DNA of 57,465 nt, filler included, from Sphacelaria rigidula (Eukaryota), in assembly GCA_964200075.2 (NCBI GenBank). It is 8 parts of 8 records of this genome, joined end to end, with 100 filler letters (N's around TTAATTAATTAA, not from the genome) between each part and the next. Parts side by side here need not be neighbours in the genome. Positions count along the whole stretch, not along the records: positions 1 to 7,097 come from CAXNAA020016503.1; positions 7,198 to 14,293 come from CAXNAA020016504.1; 6 more parts are not named here. One strand, given 5' to 3'. Position 1 is the first letter of the stretch. Each line of letters begins with the position of its first letter. The notes below the pieces were generated by a model that did no database searches, was not told where the DNA came from, and saw only the letters and a program-made list of their open reading frames with translations. The translations under genes were made by a program, and so were the position numbers. This document shows positions 1 through 12,500 of the stretch, piece by piece.

Positions 1-57
1 TGGGGAGTCCCTCAACAGCATTTAGACGCTGCAGTACTAGCAGACCTGCTAGCGTCA
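1..57 (+). repeat. Interspersed repeat shared with 28801-28857
   Basis: tggggagtccctcaacagcatttaga(c/t)gct(g/t)cagtactagcagacctgctagcgtca occurs near the start of both contig 1 and contig 5. Confidence 0.9.
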
Positions 58-806
58 TAACACACACACAAACGAGAGATGGTGGGAATTCGCACGCTGG
101 GGGTTGTTTTGCCAGAAGCGCCCATGAGAGGTGCTTCATCCAGTCTGAACCAGCTATCCAGCCTTGTATAGTCACCTTCCTGGCAGAGTCAGGGACTGGT
201 GCCGGGGTGGGCTGCAACGCTGCATGGGGATGGTTGCTACCCCTTTGTTTATTTGACAACCCGCAGCACATTGACATATAGGGTAGCAAAAAGTCCAGCA
301 CATACAGCCACCACCCACTCGCCGTCATTTTCGTACCTTTGCAACAACTGTGTATATACATGCAGAAGATGTGCTTCATCACTCACGTGCAGTAGTGCTC
401 AGCATTTCGTAGGAGGAGGTGTGCGGGAGGTACGGCTCCATCTATCCCGACACTGGGTTGGCGAGCCTACCGCCGGCGAAACCCTCCTAAAATGTAGGCA
501 GTACTATATAATTGTACGGTTTTCCAAAATAAACTTTCCCCCTGGGTCCCAAAGGAGGTCTGAACTGCCTAGCAAAAGGGCTGGCACACTCCTTTCGAAT
601 GTGACACGTGACAGCTTCGGGGGTTGGGGTTAGCGCACCGGGAAACTTCTGGAGTGATGGATGGTTTTGTTGGGAAGCAGTCGTCCATTATAACGAGTAT
701 GAACCGTTCAAGCAAGGAAATTTCGATTCTGAACAGGGAATGATGTACTGCAGTACCCCTAAGTAGTATTCTGCCTTTTTTTATCTCGAGCGATGTTCCA
801 CAAGTA

Positions 807-2712
807 CCCGGGAGGCAGATATTCGGGCATGTCGCTAGTGACTTACGGATTTGTGCAAGGTTTGCACCGGTGCACAGATACGTGAGATTTGGCGTCAAGC
901 CCCTGAAGATCGCGAGGGAGATTGAGAAAAAGAAGTTTATCGCTAACAGGCTTGCCATCAGGTGAGCGCCCTACGACCGGGATCTTAAATGGTCTTGTCC
1001 AGTTTAGGGATATTCTAGTCTTCAAGACTGTCCCGTTGGCGGCTCTGTCGGCGCCTTGGCGGATGGTCGACCAACTCTTGTAAGCCCAAACCCAATCGCC
1101 AACCGTTCAAGTAGGGTGTTCGTGCATTAAATCGTAAAGAGCATCATTGGATCTCTCAAGGCGCAAAGCGCTGATAGCGTGTTGCCCACGCACAAGGGTG
1201 AAAGCCTTTCGCTGACGTACACGCGCTAAATCATGGTAATACGATATCTGATCCTGATTCAACCCTTCTTGGGGACCATCACTGGTGTGTCGAGTTGTTT
1301 CAACAGCAAGATATGTGAGAGATGAACATCCCAATCGTTTTGACGATCGTCGACTACCATAGATAGTGTCTTGGCCATGGTGTGCTTGACTCTTTCGAGG
1401 TGTACGTGCTCGTGGCTATCTTGCGAATGCTAAGGAGCGTATAATACTTATCCGAGAGATCACAGCGGAATTGCTGACCATTTTCGGAGAGGAGCCGTTT
1501 CGGACTACCAGTTTGCTTGATATAATCGTGAACTAGGATGTTTGCTGGGCCTACCGCTGTGAAGTCTCCAGCGGTGACTGCCTACATGGACGCATGACGG
1601 CTGAAGTGGTCAGCAAAGAGTAAAGTGTTGCCACGATCCGTGGTTGGTAAAAGACCGAAATAGTCAAAGACGCGAGGTGACCAGGGGCGTTGGGAAGTGC
1701 CATTGAAATGACTGGCCAACGTATTGTCTGCTATGAGGGTCTGCGAGCTTGACACTGCAAGTATCACCGAATCCAGAAGCGGGTGGACACTTCCACGCCG
1801 ATCCACCAGTAAAAACGTTCGAGTAACGCTAATGTGCGCGTGACACCAAGGTAGCCAGACAGGTCAGTGTGGCAGCCTTTCGTTGCCCACTGTCGCATCG
1901 AAAATGGGACGTACATCCGGGTGGGTTCATCGTCGAGTATGCGTGCATGACGTCCAGTTGTCGCGGCTGAAGTTGCACCCGGCTGAAGCGTACGGCGGCG
2001 GACAAGCAGTTGAATACCGTCGTCGGTGGTGAAGATAGTACCTTTACGTGCGAGTTCGTACACCATGACTGCGTTTGGTGGGGGCAGTGCGCCCACCGCG
2101 GCTACAATTTTAGCCGGGATAGGGGCAGGATGGCCAGCCTGTAAATACCGCACGGTGGCGCGGCATTAAGGGTTTCATTGTTGTTCGCGCGTCCAATCAC
2201 GCTGGGGGTAACTGGCGAGGAACTCGCACAGTTGGCCTTCCGCCGGGGAGACAACCAGGCATGGTGGCTCTGGAAGTGGTGGAACAGGCGACGGGGCGGG
2301 GGTGCCAACGTCAATACTTACATCGGAATCAGGGTCGGAAGCATTCGATTTACCATCAGAGGAGGTGGGCACTGACGGTGCCGCGAAGGGCGGCGTTGTC
2401 GAAGTAGTGCGTGCCGGGGAGCGTGCTCGGCGTTTGTCGTGAGGATTGCGTGTGGCGGGAGTTGACAAGACTTGTGGCGCGCGGTTGCGAGGAACCGATG
2501 CTACGCTGCTCGTGGGAGCGGGAGGGGTTGTCGGTGGCGGTGGGGCGTGAGGGGGGCTGGCGCGGGCGGCAGATCGAGAGCGCGTGTTGTATGAAATAAT
2601 ATGGACAACCGGTGGTGGCGGTGCTGAAACATTCGCGCGAGGGCTGAGAGTGCGGGAATCCACGGAATCGGCATTCGTGGGATTCAGCCCACCCAAGACT
2701 GCATCATACATT
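807..2712 (-). mobile_element. Degenerate Ty3/Gypsy LTR-retrotransposon pol fragment (Pro-rich linker, integrase Zn-binding region, integrase core and C-terminal GPF/Y-type region)
   Basis: Minus-strand translations: CHTDLSGYLGVTRTLALLERFYWWIG (integrase H2C2 region), FDYFGLLPTTDRGNTLLFADHFSRHASM (core start), VGDWVWAY...ISLNWTRPFKI...VSVHRCKPC (C-terminal region). Many stops and frameshifts; no LTR seen. Confidence 0.85.
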
Positions 2713-4329
2713 TATGGGCGCGCCTGACCCCCCAAAATGAGGAAACAAAGTGTCACCGAACAAAATTACGAACAGACACGAACAGGCCGACCTCTGGGGC
2801 TTTTTTCAGGCTCGTGGGATAGAATACGCCTCACGTCATCGGAGGAGAACGGCATGGATTCAAAGTTCATATCGAGAAAAAATGGACTGCACCCTGAAAT
2901 CGGTACCCTACCGTTATTTCCGTTGTTGCTCCTCATATATTATATGCCACTGCGTCGCTTTTCTTCCTCGCTTGCGATACACTGGATTTTAAGGAGGCTA
3001 GTTGGGTTGATCCCACCCGGACCGAGAACCCCTGGGTAAGGGCGGTACATACATTACCTGAACAAAGCAAAGCCTTCGTAGACCCCAAATCGGTGCCTGT
3101 GGCGCCGATTCCAACGAAAACGCGTTCTGCGCCCCCAAGAAGCACACGACACTGTTGGCCCCAATCAAATTCCGATTTTTGTTGTACACACCTAAGTCAA
3201 GTAATATCAACATATTTGTAGCCCAACGCCGGTAACTGAAACCAGGACACTGAAACGTTTTGGGGGGGATGCGGATCGAAATTTGGCCAACATGATGTAA
3301 ATTTCGGAGGATGAATCGCTCGCCTTGTGCAAGTGTATTTGTTGTTCCGTGGGCATCGCTTATCATTTCATGAATATGATATTAACCCCTTGACCGCAAG
3401 GGTTGGTCACCTGCTGAATCGGCATCAAATTTTACTTGGAAAAAGTATGCATGGTCAAGACAGACTGCCCTCGCGGCCTAGGGTTCAATCGGACTCAAAC
3501 ATATTGTTGTGTTCCAAGAGGGAATGAAAACCAACCGTTCTCCATCACCTACTAGTGCCGATACAACAGACGCGTGTCTTAGGACGGGTGGGTCCACTAA
3601 AAAACATGAATGGGGCTTCGGTGCCATGAGGCTTTAGCGAAAGTGGGCCGACGGCTTCATGCCGTCTTGTGTATAGTCTTGACGCAGTACAGTTTACCAT
3701 TTGGGAGGGTAAGTCGGTCCATCTTGATGTTAGTGTGGAAACCGAAATCCGGATCTTTCATGGGAGCTGTGCTCCTAGCATGCTCCCAGCGTGCCCAGAA
3801 GGCGTTTTGTCTAAATCGGCGTCGATTTGAGGTCTGGCAGTGCACCCTTCGCCTGGGGAACACGTTGCGCCCTCCTTGCCCGAGGTTTCTCGGTGTGCCT
3901 TCGTTGTTGTTAAGGTTAGGATCAGTGTTATTACAATTTGTTCTCTTCGCTGCTGCGAGGTCGCGAAGATGATTCTTGCTTCTGAGGTTCGGTCAAAGGT
4001 TCAAATCATGCACCTGTCGAAAATTCCACATATCCGATGTATCAACCATCTGCACTATCAAGAGTCATCCATGGGTGTCATCTACTCGGAGGCCGTTGGA
4101 CAGGGGTGAGGGCTTCGCGTCTTGCGGAAACCGGCGAGGGTCGGAGGCGCTTGTTTGCGATCATCAGCTCAAACTCCTGAGCCGATTCCTCATCGCCAGG
4201 GCCATCGATTTGGATGCGACGTGTTACATCGTCTGCGACAAGACGACAGCTACAACTTGACCGGATAATTTTTATTATTTCATCAGGATGCGAGTTTGAT
4301 AACGAACTAAGTGAAACACAATATCGGTT

Positions 4330-4655
4330 GTTCCAAGGGTCTGTCGAGAGAAATGTTTCGGACCCGGAGCCCCCCCCCCCTCCCCCCATGCATGATCATC
4401 AGTACATCCCCCCCCCCCCCCTCCCGGAGGGCAATTGTTCGGAAATTGTCATAATTTTTCACATTTTTTCTTGTGATCGTTTCGTGAATTTTTGCAATTT
4501 TGGTTGAAATTGTTGGAAGAAATCGATCAACAAACACTGACAAGAAGAAGAAAATTCTGGCGGGCTTTGCGAGGTTCGTATATTTGCTTCTGCTCCTTGC
4601 CCGCCCTGTTCCAATGGCCTCGGATGCCGGCAACGCTCAGATACATCTTTGTACA
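4330..4655 (-). repeat. Interspersed non-coding repeat homologous to about 51115-51365 in opposite orientation
   Basis: The reverse complement gagcgttgccggcatccgagg...atacgaacctcgcaaagcccgccaga aligns with gagcgtagccggcatccgaga...atacgaacgtcgcaaagcccaccaga at about 51136-51218. Confidence 0.8.
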
Positions 4656-7097
4656 ATACACGAGCGCACGGTAGCGATAGCCTGTAGCCAAAGTAGCAAC
4701 ATTATCTCACGCCAACCCAAATATTCCCGGGGCACTAGCGGTAGGTAGTCGAGGCATACGACACAGAACATGATCCCGTAAATGTAATCAGGGTAGGTGA
4801 TGAGCTCGGAGGGGCCGTGTGTCCGTCATCTCAGCGGTCTCCATTCCAAGGATCTTGTCAGGGAAATGGTATGTATGAATGCAAGCAATCAGGCACAGAT
4901 ATACCTTTGTTGACGATTGCAGCGACTAGTCTCAGTCTGGGCAGTAACAGCAGTAGCAGTACAGGTGCAACCAAGACAAGGATCTGACTAGTACACGGGT
5001 TGCTCTATCTCCGTAGAACTTGCTGTAAGCATGCTGAATTCTTCTGGAAACACTTCCAGAACGTGGGGTCTTGATTCTGTGCATGTGGGGGAGTGTTGGA
5101 GTATTCAATGTCAGTCATTGGTAACGACTTTTATCTGACGGATGCTACGATAGGGGGGGGGGGGGTGTTTTGGGCCACTTCTTCCACGAAGGAGCCACTT
5201 CGGAGTCATCTTAGGATAGGGGGGCGGGTGTTGTGGGCCTCTTCTTGCGCGCAAAAGACACTTCGAACCATCGTTGCAAGCAGCGAATGTCGCTCTTATG
5301 CTCTTGTTATCAACATCACACGCGTGTTTTCAAGGATTGACATCTCCGTCACCCACCTACAGGGATGACGGGTGGCCGAAGTCGTATCAGTGCACACTCA
5401 TGAACCGAGGTAAGTATTTTTCCAGGCACCACCTTCCGATCATGTGTTACGGACCCTTTTCACCGTGTCCGCGCGCTCAACAGTGGACTGGTTGGCAGTG
5501 AAACCGCCATCATTACTGTCGGGAATAGACTCCACTGATAGGCCCAAGTGGCCGATGCTCTCTAATTTTGATCGCGGGGCTTTACTACAAGTGTATATCC
5601 TAGCGGAACACAATGCAACACGGAGAGATAGATATAGGCAGATAACTGGTTGTCGGCGGCGGCGACAGTTCTCCTCATCGCCTGGCAACCGTCATTTCCT
5701 CCACCATGTCCGATTTTCATCAAAATCCAACCGGACTAATGAGCGCTCATCCAGTGCGTCTCTCAAAGTTATGCGAGGCAAGTAGATGTCAACAGAAGGA
5801 CTTGTTGGCATCCACACTTGCCCTACAATCTCTCATCCCATGCAAACGGTGCCTTGCGTGCGACGAGAACGGGCTCAAAGTCGCGCCCCGACTTCGTGCG
5901 AGGATCGGCAAGGATGAAAGCCGCCGAGCCGAACGGCAGGCATTTTACCATACGCTCAGCTACGCCGTCCACGTCTGGCTACCAGTCCGAATTAGGATCG
6001 TTGTCTGACGCCGCTCACGATGACTCCGCTGGTGGCGGTATGATGCCTTCGCGACATGGGGCGCATTCCTCGGATCTACCGTCGCGACAGCTACTGCACC
6101 TGCACGGGTAGGATGCGGATTAGCGAAGCGAAGCTGTGGAGTTACCATGACCTATTGCGCCGAAATAAATAACCATTTTCATCGTATTATTGCGAGCGCT
6201 GCTGCCCACAAGTAGCAGCAGTAGTAGTAGTGGTGGTGGTAAAGTGGGGTGTGAGTGAGGAACGAAATTTCTGCTGCTGTCCCACAGGAGAGTTGTGGGT
6301 ATACTTTCACTCGAGAGGGAGGTGGCATGCAAATTCCCTCTTCAGACTCCCACTTCGATACGCGAGTCCTTCGCTATGGAGGTCACGCGCGCACGCGGTA
6401 TTGCGGATGTTTCGGCCATCAGGTGGGATCTGGCTGTTGATACACGAAGACGTCTCAATGTTCGAGATGCTGCACGTACGGCGGTGCGGCTGTATGGGTA
6501 CTAAAGAATCATTGATGCCCTTGAGGGAAGGTACGTGCCGCTTTGAAAATTGGTCCTAGAAGCACTGCCCCCTTGCCCTGAATCCCGTCTCTGCCTTACA
6601 CGGCGTATGAGATGTCATAAATCGCATTCAATACGCGTACGCTTGTGTTTGTATGAATGCGAGACGGCGTCCTGAGGGGGTGAAACACTCAGGTGACGCC
6701 TACATCTAGGCGTCTGGTGCAAGAAACTTTGTTTCCCCTTTTGTATGTGAGAGGGCGACGTTCTGACGCGGACACCAATATGAGGTAGCACAGGCGTATA
6801 TCAACGATACATTTCGTGCCACCACCGCTGGACGTCGTGTACACGGTGGTGACGAGAATCAACGACCTTGGGATGATCACAGCGTATATGCAACCCATCG
6901 CAAATACATGCTAACACACACATATATGTATAGAAGTATGCCTTACCGCAGATTCAAGTTTCGAGGACACCTGCCAATACAGATCCTCTGTTGTTCCAAG
7001 CATAAGTCGCACATCTTGTGTCCTGTGTTGGAATAATTCGTGGTCGTGGCACTGTCCTTACGACAGACCTACTACTGTTCAGCGAACAGTAGTGTAC

Positions 7098-7197
7098 NNN
7101 NNNNNNNNNNNNNNNNNNNNNNNNNNNNNNNNNNNNNNNNNTTAATTAATTAANNNNNNNNNNNNNNNNNNNNNNNNNNNNNNNNNNNNNNNNNNNN
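7098..7197. other. Artificial contig linker N44-TTAATTAATTAA-N44 (also at 14294-14393, 21490-21589, 28686-28785, 35881-35980, 43076-43175, 50271-50370)
   Basis: Seven identical 100-nt spacers with a core giving stop codons in all frames. The intervening segments are 7097, 7096, 7096, 7096, 7095, 7095, 7095 and 7095 nt, i.e. size-sorted contigs. Confidence 0.98.
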
Positions 7198-7282
7198 CTC
7201 TTCCTCGTTTGTCCTTTCCCTTATTCCTTTCACCATGAACCACCCCTCCCTTTCGAGACGGAGCAAGGGGGGGGGGGGGGGC

Positions 7283-7350
7283 CCCACCTCCGACGCTGCT
7301 TCATTTTGTATAGGACTTAGTATGCGATCGGTTTTATAGGAATTTGTACA
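7283..7350 (+). repeat. Interspersed repeat shared with about 52112-52179
   Basis: ccccacctccgacgctgctt...ttagtatgcgatc...ttttat...ttgtac is present in both contigs. Confidence 0.75.
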
Positions 7351-7379
7351 GGCTGGTTCAGGCATATCACCCGAAAAAC

Positions 7380-8060
7380 CCTCACCGGCAAAACCTCACG
7401 CCGTATCAAGGAGTTAGATCCTGAACTTTTGCGCAGATGTTTTATGTGGCCTTACTCGACTTTTGAAGGTTGATGTTTTTCTACTTCTTGACTTTTTTCC
7501 ACCGTTTTTCGGGAGTCCCGTTTTTTCCTGGGAAGCATCGATCCAATCGGACCCCATAAAACGGTGAAGAAGAAAAAACTCGAAAAGCCTCGTTCATCCA
7601 AAGTTGCGTAATGACCTATGGCACAGCTGTGCAAAATTTCAGGGTCTACCTCCATGAAACGGCGCGAGGTTTTCACTTTTGCGCGATGAACTTTCACGTG
7701 GGGCGGTGAAACCGCAAACTACTCGATTCTGGTACGGAAACGGCGTTTTTGGGCCTTCTTTGATGTGAACATGAAAATTCAACCATCACTTGATCGATTT
7801 TTGCGACAAGAGTTTGTGGGACTTTTCCTCGGGTTATGCGGGGACAGCTTGCTCACGAAAAAAAAATCGTGGTGCCCGTTTTCCCGGGTCCCAGAATGGA
7901 GACTACTTCGAAAAATGACTTGGACCCCCGTCGGATCCCCGAAAAACGGTGAAAACCTCAAGCAGTAAAGAAACATGAACCATAGCAAGTTGCGTACTGA
8001 TACGTAGCAGATTTGTGCAAAGTTTCAGGATCTAACTCCAAATAACGGCGTGACGATTTG
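7380..8060. mobile_element. MITE-like non-autonomous element with internal inverted and direct copies of a tgcaaaatttcagg-tctaactcc motif
   Basis: Motif reversed at about 7411-7433 and forward at about 7630 and 8016. No coding capacity; termini not defined. Confidence 0.45.
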
Positions 8061-9548
8061 CGCGTTTGTGGAGGACGTGGGCTTGAAACGTGCAACTTGT
8101 GACTACTTAGTTCTAGTTTGGAAACGTCTTTTGAGGTGAACTTCACGTCAAGGCAAGAAGACCTGTATGAGGTTTTCGAGTTTCTGCACCAAACTTTGTA
8201 CATGTGTTCCTTGGACGATCCCAGGACGCATCATTTTAATATTTTTCTTATAGGGCATTCTGTACCGCCTTCCCTGAGTCTTCATACTAGAACCCTCGGA
8301 AACCGGTAAAGAAAAGAGAAACCATGAAACATTGTCAAAAACACAATTTTTCCATATGGAGCATCAATACCTACGAAACTGCCAAATTTGAGGACGATCT
8401 GAGCTTTTCTACAACAGATATGGGGGACACTATCACGAGGCTCCCTGGGTCTTTTGTGCGTATATTAGTGGAAATTAGACGATGCCAATACCCGACATCA
8501 CCGAAACATCACGATTTTGGATACAATTCGACCCCGTCGTGACCGTTTTGAAATGTGTTTTTCTCGTTGGATTCCCGAGCCGATAGTGGTTATATCGATT
8601 TGAAGCATGGGGAGATTGGGTGGAAATCGGGCTTGGAATTCGTAATTTCGATCTCGGGACAATTTGACGGGCGCTGATTGATCGATATACCTTTTCGCCC
8701 TTACCGCTACCACTACGGCCTTATACTCAAATTCGGCTATGTCACGCTCTTCAGCTGTTCATAGCGGTCAGAATGATATCTATATGCGACTATTGGGTAG
8801 GTGTTGGCATTTTCTGATGACACAATTTTGGGCGATAAGCGTGAACATATGGCGGGTTTTTTTTGGGGGGGGGTCTTCCAACACCTTACCCCCCTTCCTC
8901 ATAGGTCCAAGAAAAATAGGGTACTTGATGTGCGGGAATTTTTTTTCGTGCACCCCTGATGCAACATAGACGACGTCATCTGTTTCAAGTTGACACCGTT
9001 GCGGCGTGAAAATCAACTATTATCACGACCGGATTCGTTCAGCTCATGCTCAGTACCCGAGAGGACCTGTTCTCCGGTGCACACACTGTCTTTGTGTCTG
9101 ACTAGTGCACCAAGTTTCATGGGGACAACCTAATCCACCAGAGAAGTTAAGCATCTTTCCGTTCAATGATGCAACGATTGTTGATCGTGGGCGGGCTAAG
9201 TACGGGCATTCACAAATTGAGGGTGGGCATTCCAGTATATTTTGGTTTTTGAACATGGCGCGGAACGGTTGGTGGTGCACATACAAAAATGTCCCCTGAT
9301 TCGGACCCCCCCCCTCCCCAATTTGCATTCCTTCTCTTTTGGGGGGGGGGGGGGAGTCTATTTGAAACAAAATATAGTCGGTCTACAATATGACGCGAGC
9401 CTGTAGTGGCGAACACGATATCCCTTGCTCAAAATTTCCCTAAACACGGCACCCACAGCTGACGACCTGGTGCACGAAAATGAGTCAGCTGCTTTTGATC
9501 ATAGACGCTTCTATTTTCTGTTCCTGTGTCATTTGCGTTGTGCACAGG

Positions 9549-12500
9549 CATTACTTCCGCCAAGACACAGACTGTGAAGCAGAAAGTGGCGACGCGCAAC
9601 GCCGCCGTTACGCAAGGAAGACGATCTCTTGGCGCTGATCTCGCACGACATCTGGCGACTCTATATGTGAGAGCCTTCGCCATTCAACACCTTCTGGCTT
9701 TCAGCCTGGCACCTAAGACATTTCTTCCAATCAGCCTGCGCCTCCCACTTTCCCCCGACCCTAAATTCCGAAAGCATAAAATCGTTCGTGACGGCAATCT
9801 ACGCGGCAACTGTCTCGAAACCAGCGCAGTCTCTCGTCATGGCGACCAAAGGCGCCGGAGGGCCGATAGTACACGCGAGCTTCGACCTGTGGTCGAGACG
9901 GACGTCGAACGAAAAAGTATCTCGGTGAGTTCTCGAGTTTCCGTGTTGGGTGCAGGATCTGCGTCGATGAGGATCGAAGACGTACATCGATTCCTCCAAG
10001 TCATCCTTCGTGTTTCAGCTGTACTTGTTCGGGTGCTTAAGTTGCTTTGGTCAGTTCTTGGTGTTGTGATTCTGTATTATCATGTGTATTTTTACTTCGC
10101 CGGCTCGCCACGTACGTTCTTCATTTCTTCCCATTGTTGTTGTCGGTGAGACACTGTATGCACTCAAATTTAGGAGAGGGCGAGTAGGTCGTATATTCGG
10201 CGTCTAGGGTCCCCCAGGACAAGATTCTGGCTACACAGCTACTTGTGCTGCTTACGATCGAGCATTGGCACAGCACTTCGGCGGCCCGGAGAGCTGCCGC
10301 TGCAATGTTCAAGTTTTTGCCTGCCAGACACCATGTCAAGCAAACCCCAATCACATGTTTGATGCACCTGCCCCTATCTGGAACCCTACATTGACTGGTA
10401 TGCCGGTTTTATATTTTTCGCAGGAATTCGCACTGCGCACAGCTCTTCTGGCCATGGAGCTTTTTAGGCCCGCCCACAAATTGAGTGACGACGTGCGACT
10501 GTCAGACGTGCTGGGGAGGTGCTGTCCGAGTATGGTATCGGAGAGAGCGACCTCTTCAGCAGCGGGACGGATGAAGGGTCCGACGTGAGGCGTCTATGCG
10601 TGAAAGTCATGACGGTATCATGGGAATGGTGCTTGCCTCACGTGCTCGACTGTGCGCTAGTGGAGGTGAGACTGTTTAGATGTACTCAGTTCGTGTTTTT
10701 TTCACGATGGGTGAAAGTTATATTTTTCGACTGATGCTGATATGAAGTGATGGTATCGCAGTATCCTCCTGGCTGCACCTTAACGCGTGTCGGAGTTGAG
10801 GATTGGGCATGATATTGCGTTGCCACAAAATACTCATTGTCTCCCGAGCTATCGCTGTATCTGCTGTGAAGATGCGTGTTGAGAGCAATCATATGGCATG
10901 TGCTTGGGCACACTATGAAAAAACCTTCGAACCTCCTATCCGGAAGGAAGCCGCGGGAAGGATATGGGAATACCGATCCCACCCCGTCATTCTTGTCGCG
11001 ACAGCGCCGCATGCAGTGCCTTGTCAAATATTGGTGGTCTCATTTCGTGCGGCGGTCACGCTGTGAGCAGCGCACTATCGACTGTGGAGTTACGACACGT
11101 GATTTTCAATACAGCACGTCGAGTCTTCTCTCCGCAGCCCTCCCCCCCCGCGCCCTTCTCGGAGGAAAGTTTGCATCGATCCCTGAGTTCGGCACCAGCT
11201 TTCTGGGAATCTCGAACGGTCCTCGAATCGAAAAAACTCAGTCCGCGATCTCGGCGGCTCCCGAACTGGGTCTACAAGACATGGCACTCCAGTCGTCCCC
11301 GCTTTCAAGACGCTAATCTTAAATCAACTCCCCGCTTTGAGGACGACCTTTTATCGGGAAGCAAGGTGCCCCGCAGATATACAATCAGCATAGGGGGGTA
11401 GCACTTTGACCCCAGCCCCCTCCCCCCCAAATCACTGCTGTCGTGCACATGCAGAGCTGCATAGAGAGCGATTTATGGAAGTCGTACTTTGGTAAACTCG
11501 GGTTGCTATTTTTGTGGCTGTCTTTGGTCCGTTTTCATGTTTGTTGCTCCGCTCGGTAAGTTTGTTTCATTTTCTACTGGCTTCGATATTCCAACAGGAG
11601 CGTGGGCTGTCTATGTGTCAGTACTGCTGTACATGTTTCCTGATATTTTTTCTTGGGGTAGTCAACCTTTTCAGATATTTTCTGCTTCACTCTCTTGTGT
11701 GGTTTTGGGCGCAGGCTGTTCCGTTCTGTCCCTTTTGGTACAAAGCGTTTGTTCGACCAAACGTGTATCGTATTGGTTGCAATATCTGAGTGGTTATGTT
11801 TCGGATGTTGACAGTGTACATGTTCAAGAGATTTACAACGTGAGAGGCAGTGAGAGGACACGGCAAAACAGTACTTGAAGTTAACGATAACCACAGCATC
11901 GAGCACAACAGACTCATCAGTAACCACAGCAGAACACCGCTGTCATATGAAGACGTCGTTCAGCAACACCACCCCTTTTCACAGTACAGCAGTGGTACAG
12001 TTTGGGAGGTGGACGGGAGGTGGACTTTAACTACAAATAGTTTGAACTTTAAACTACCTGCAGCGCTGTGGTGATCACTTTTCCGGCGTTTTCGTGCCAT
12101 GCTAGTATTCCTGCTGCAATGACGCGTCTTTTGGCGTAAGTTACGTCCCTGTTGATCCCGGGGAAGGAGAGTTACCGTCCCCGGAATCTTCAAGACGATC
12201 CCCCGCGTTAAAGACGCTCTGGAAAAAAACATGTGCGTCTTCAAAGCGGCGACGACTGTACCCTGGATCTCGCTCTTTCCATACACAAGTAATGGTACTT
12301 TGATCAAGAAACTTGCTGCTTTCGGGGAAGGGCTACCGTCCAAACACTCTTCGGCTTAACCTCGTCGTGAGCAGGCGTTCGGAACGACGGTGGCGAGAGC
12401 ATCATCCAAACACCTCCAGGCGCGGGAGATCATCGACAGCATCAAGAAGACAGCCGAGCACCTCAACAAGTCGCCAAATATGAAGGTGTGTGCAAAATGT

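Noticed and set aside
2720..4260. Possible RT/RNase H continuation of the Gypsy element
   Set aside because: No YxDD, LPQG/MPFG or RNase H motifs found in the frames I read; left unassigned.
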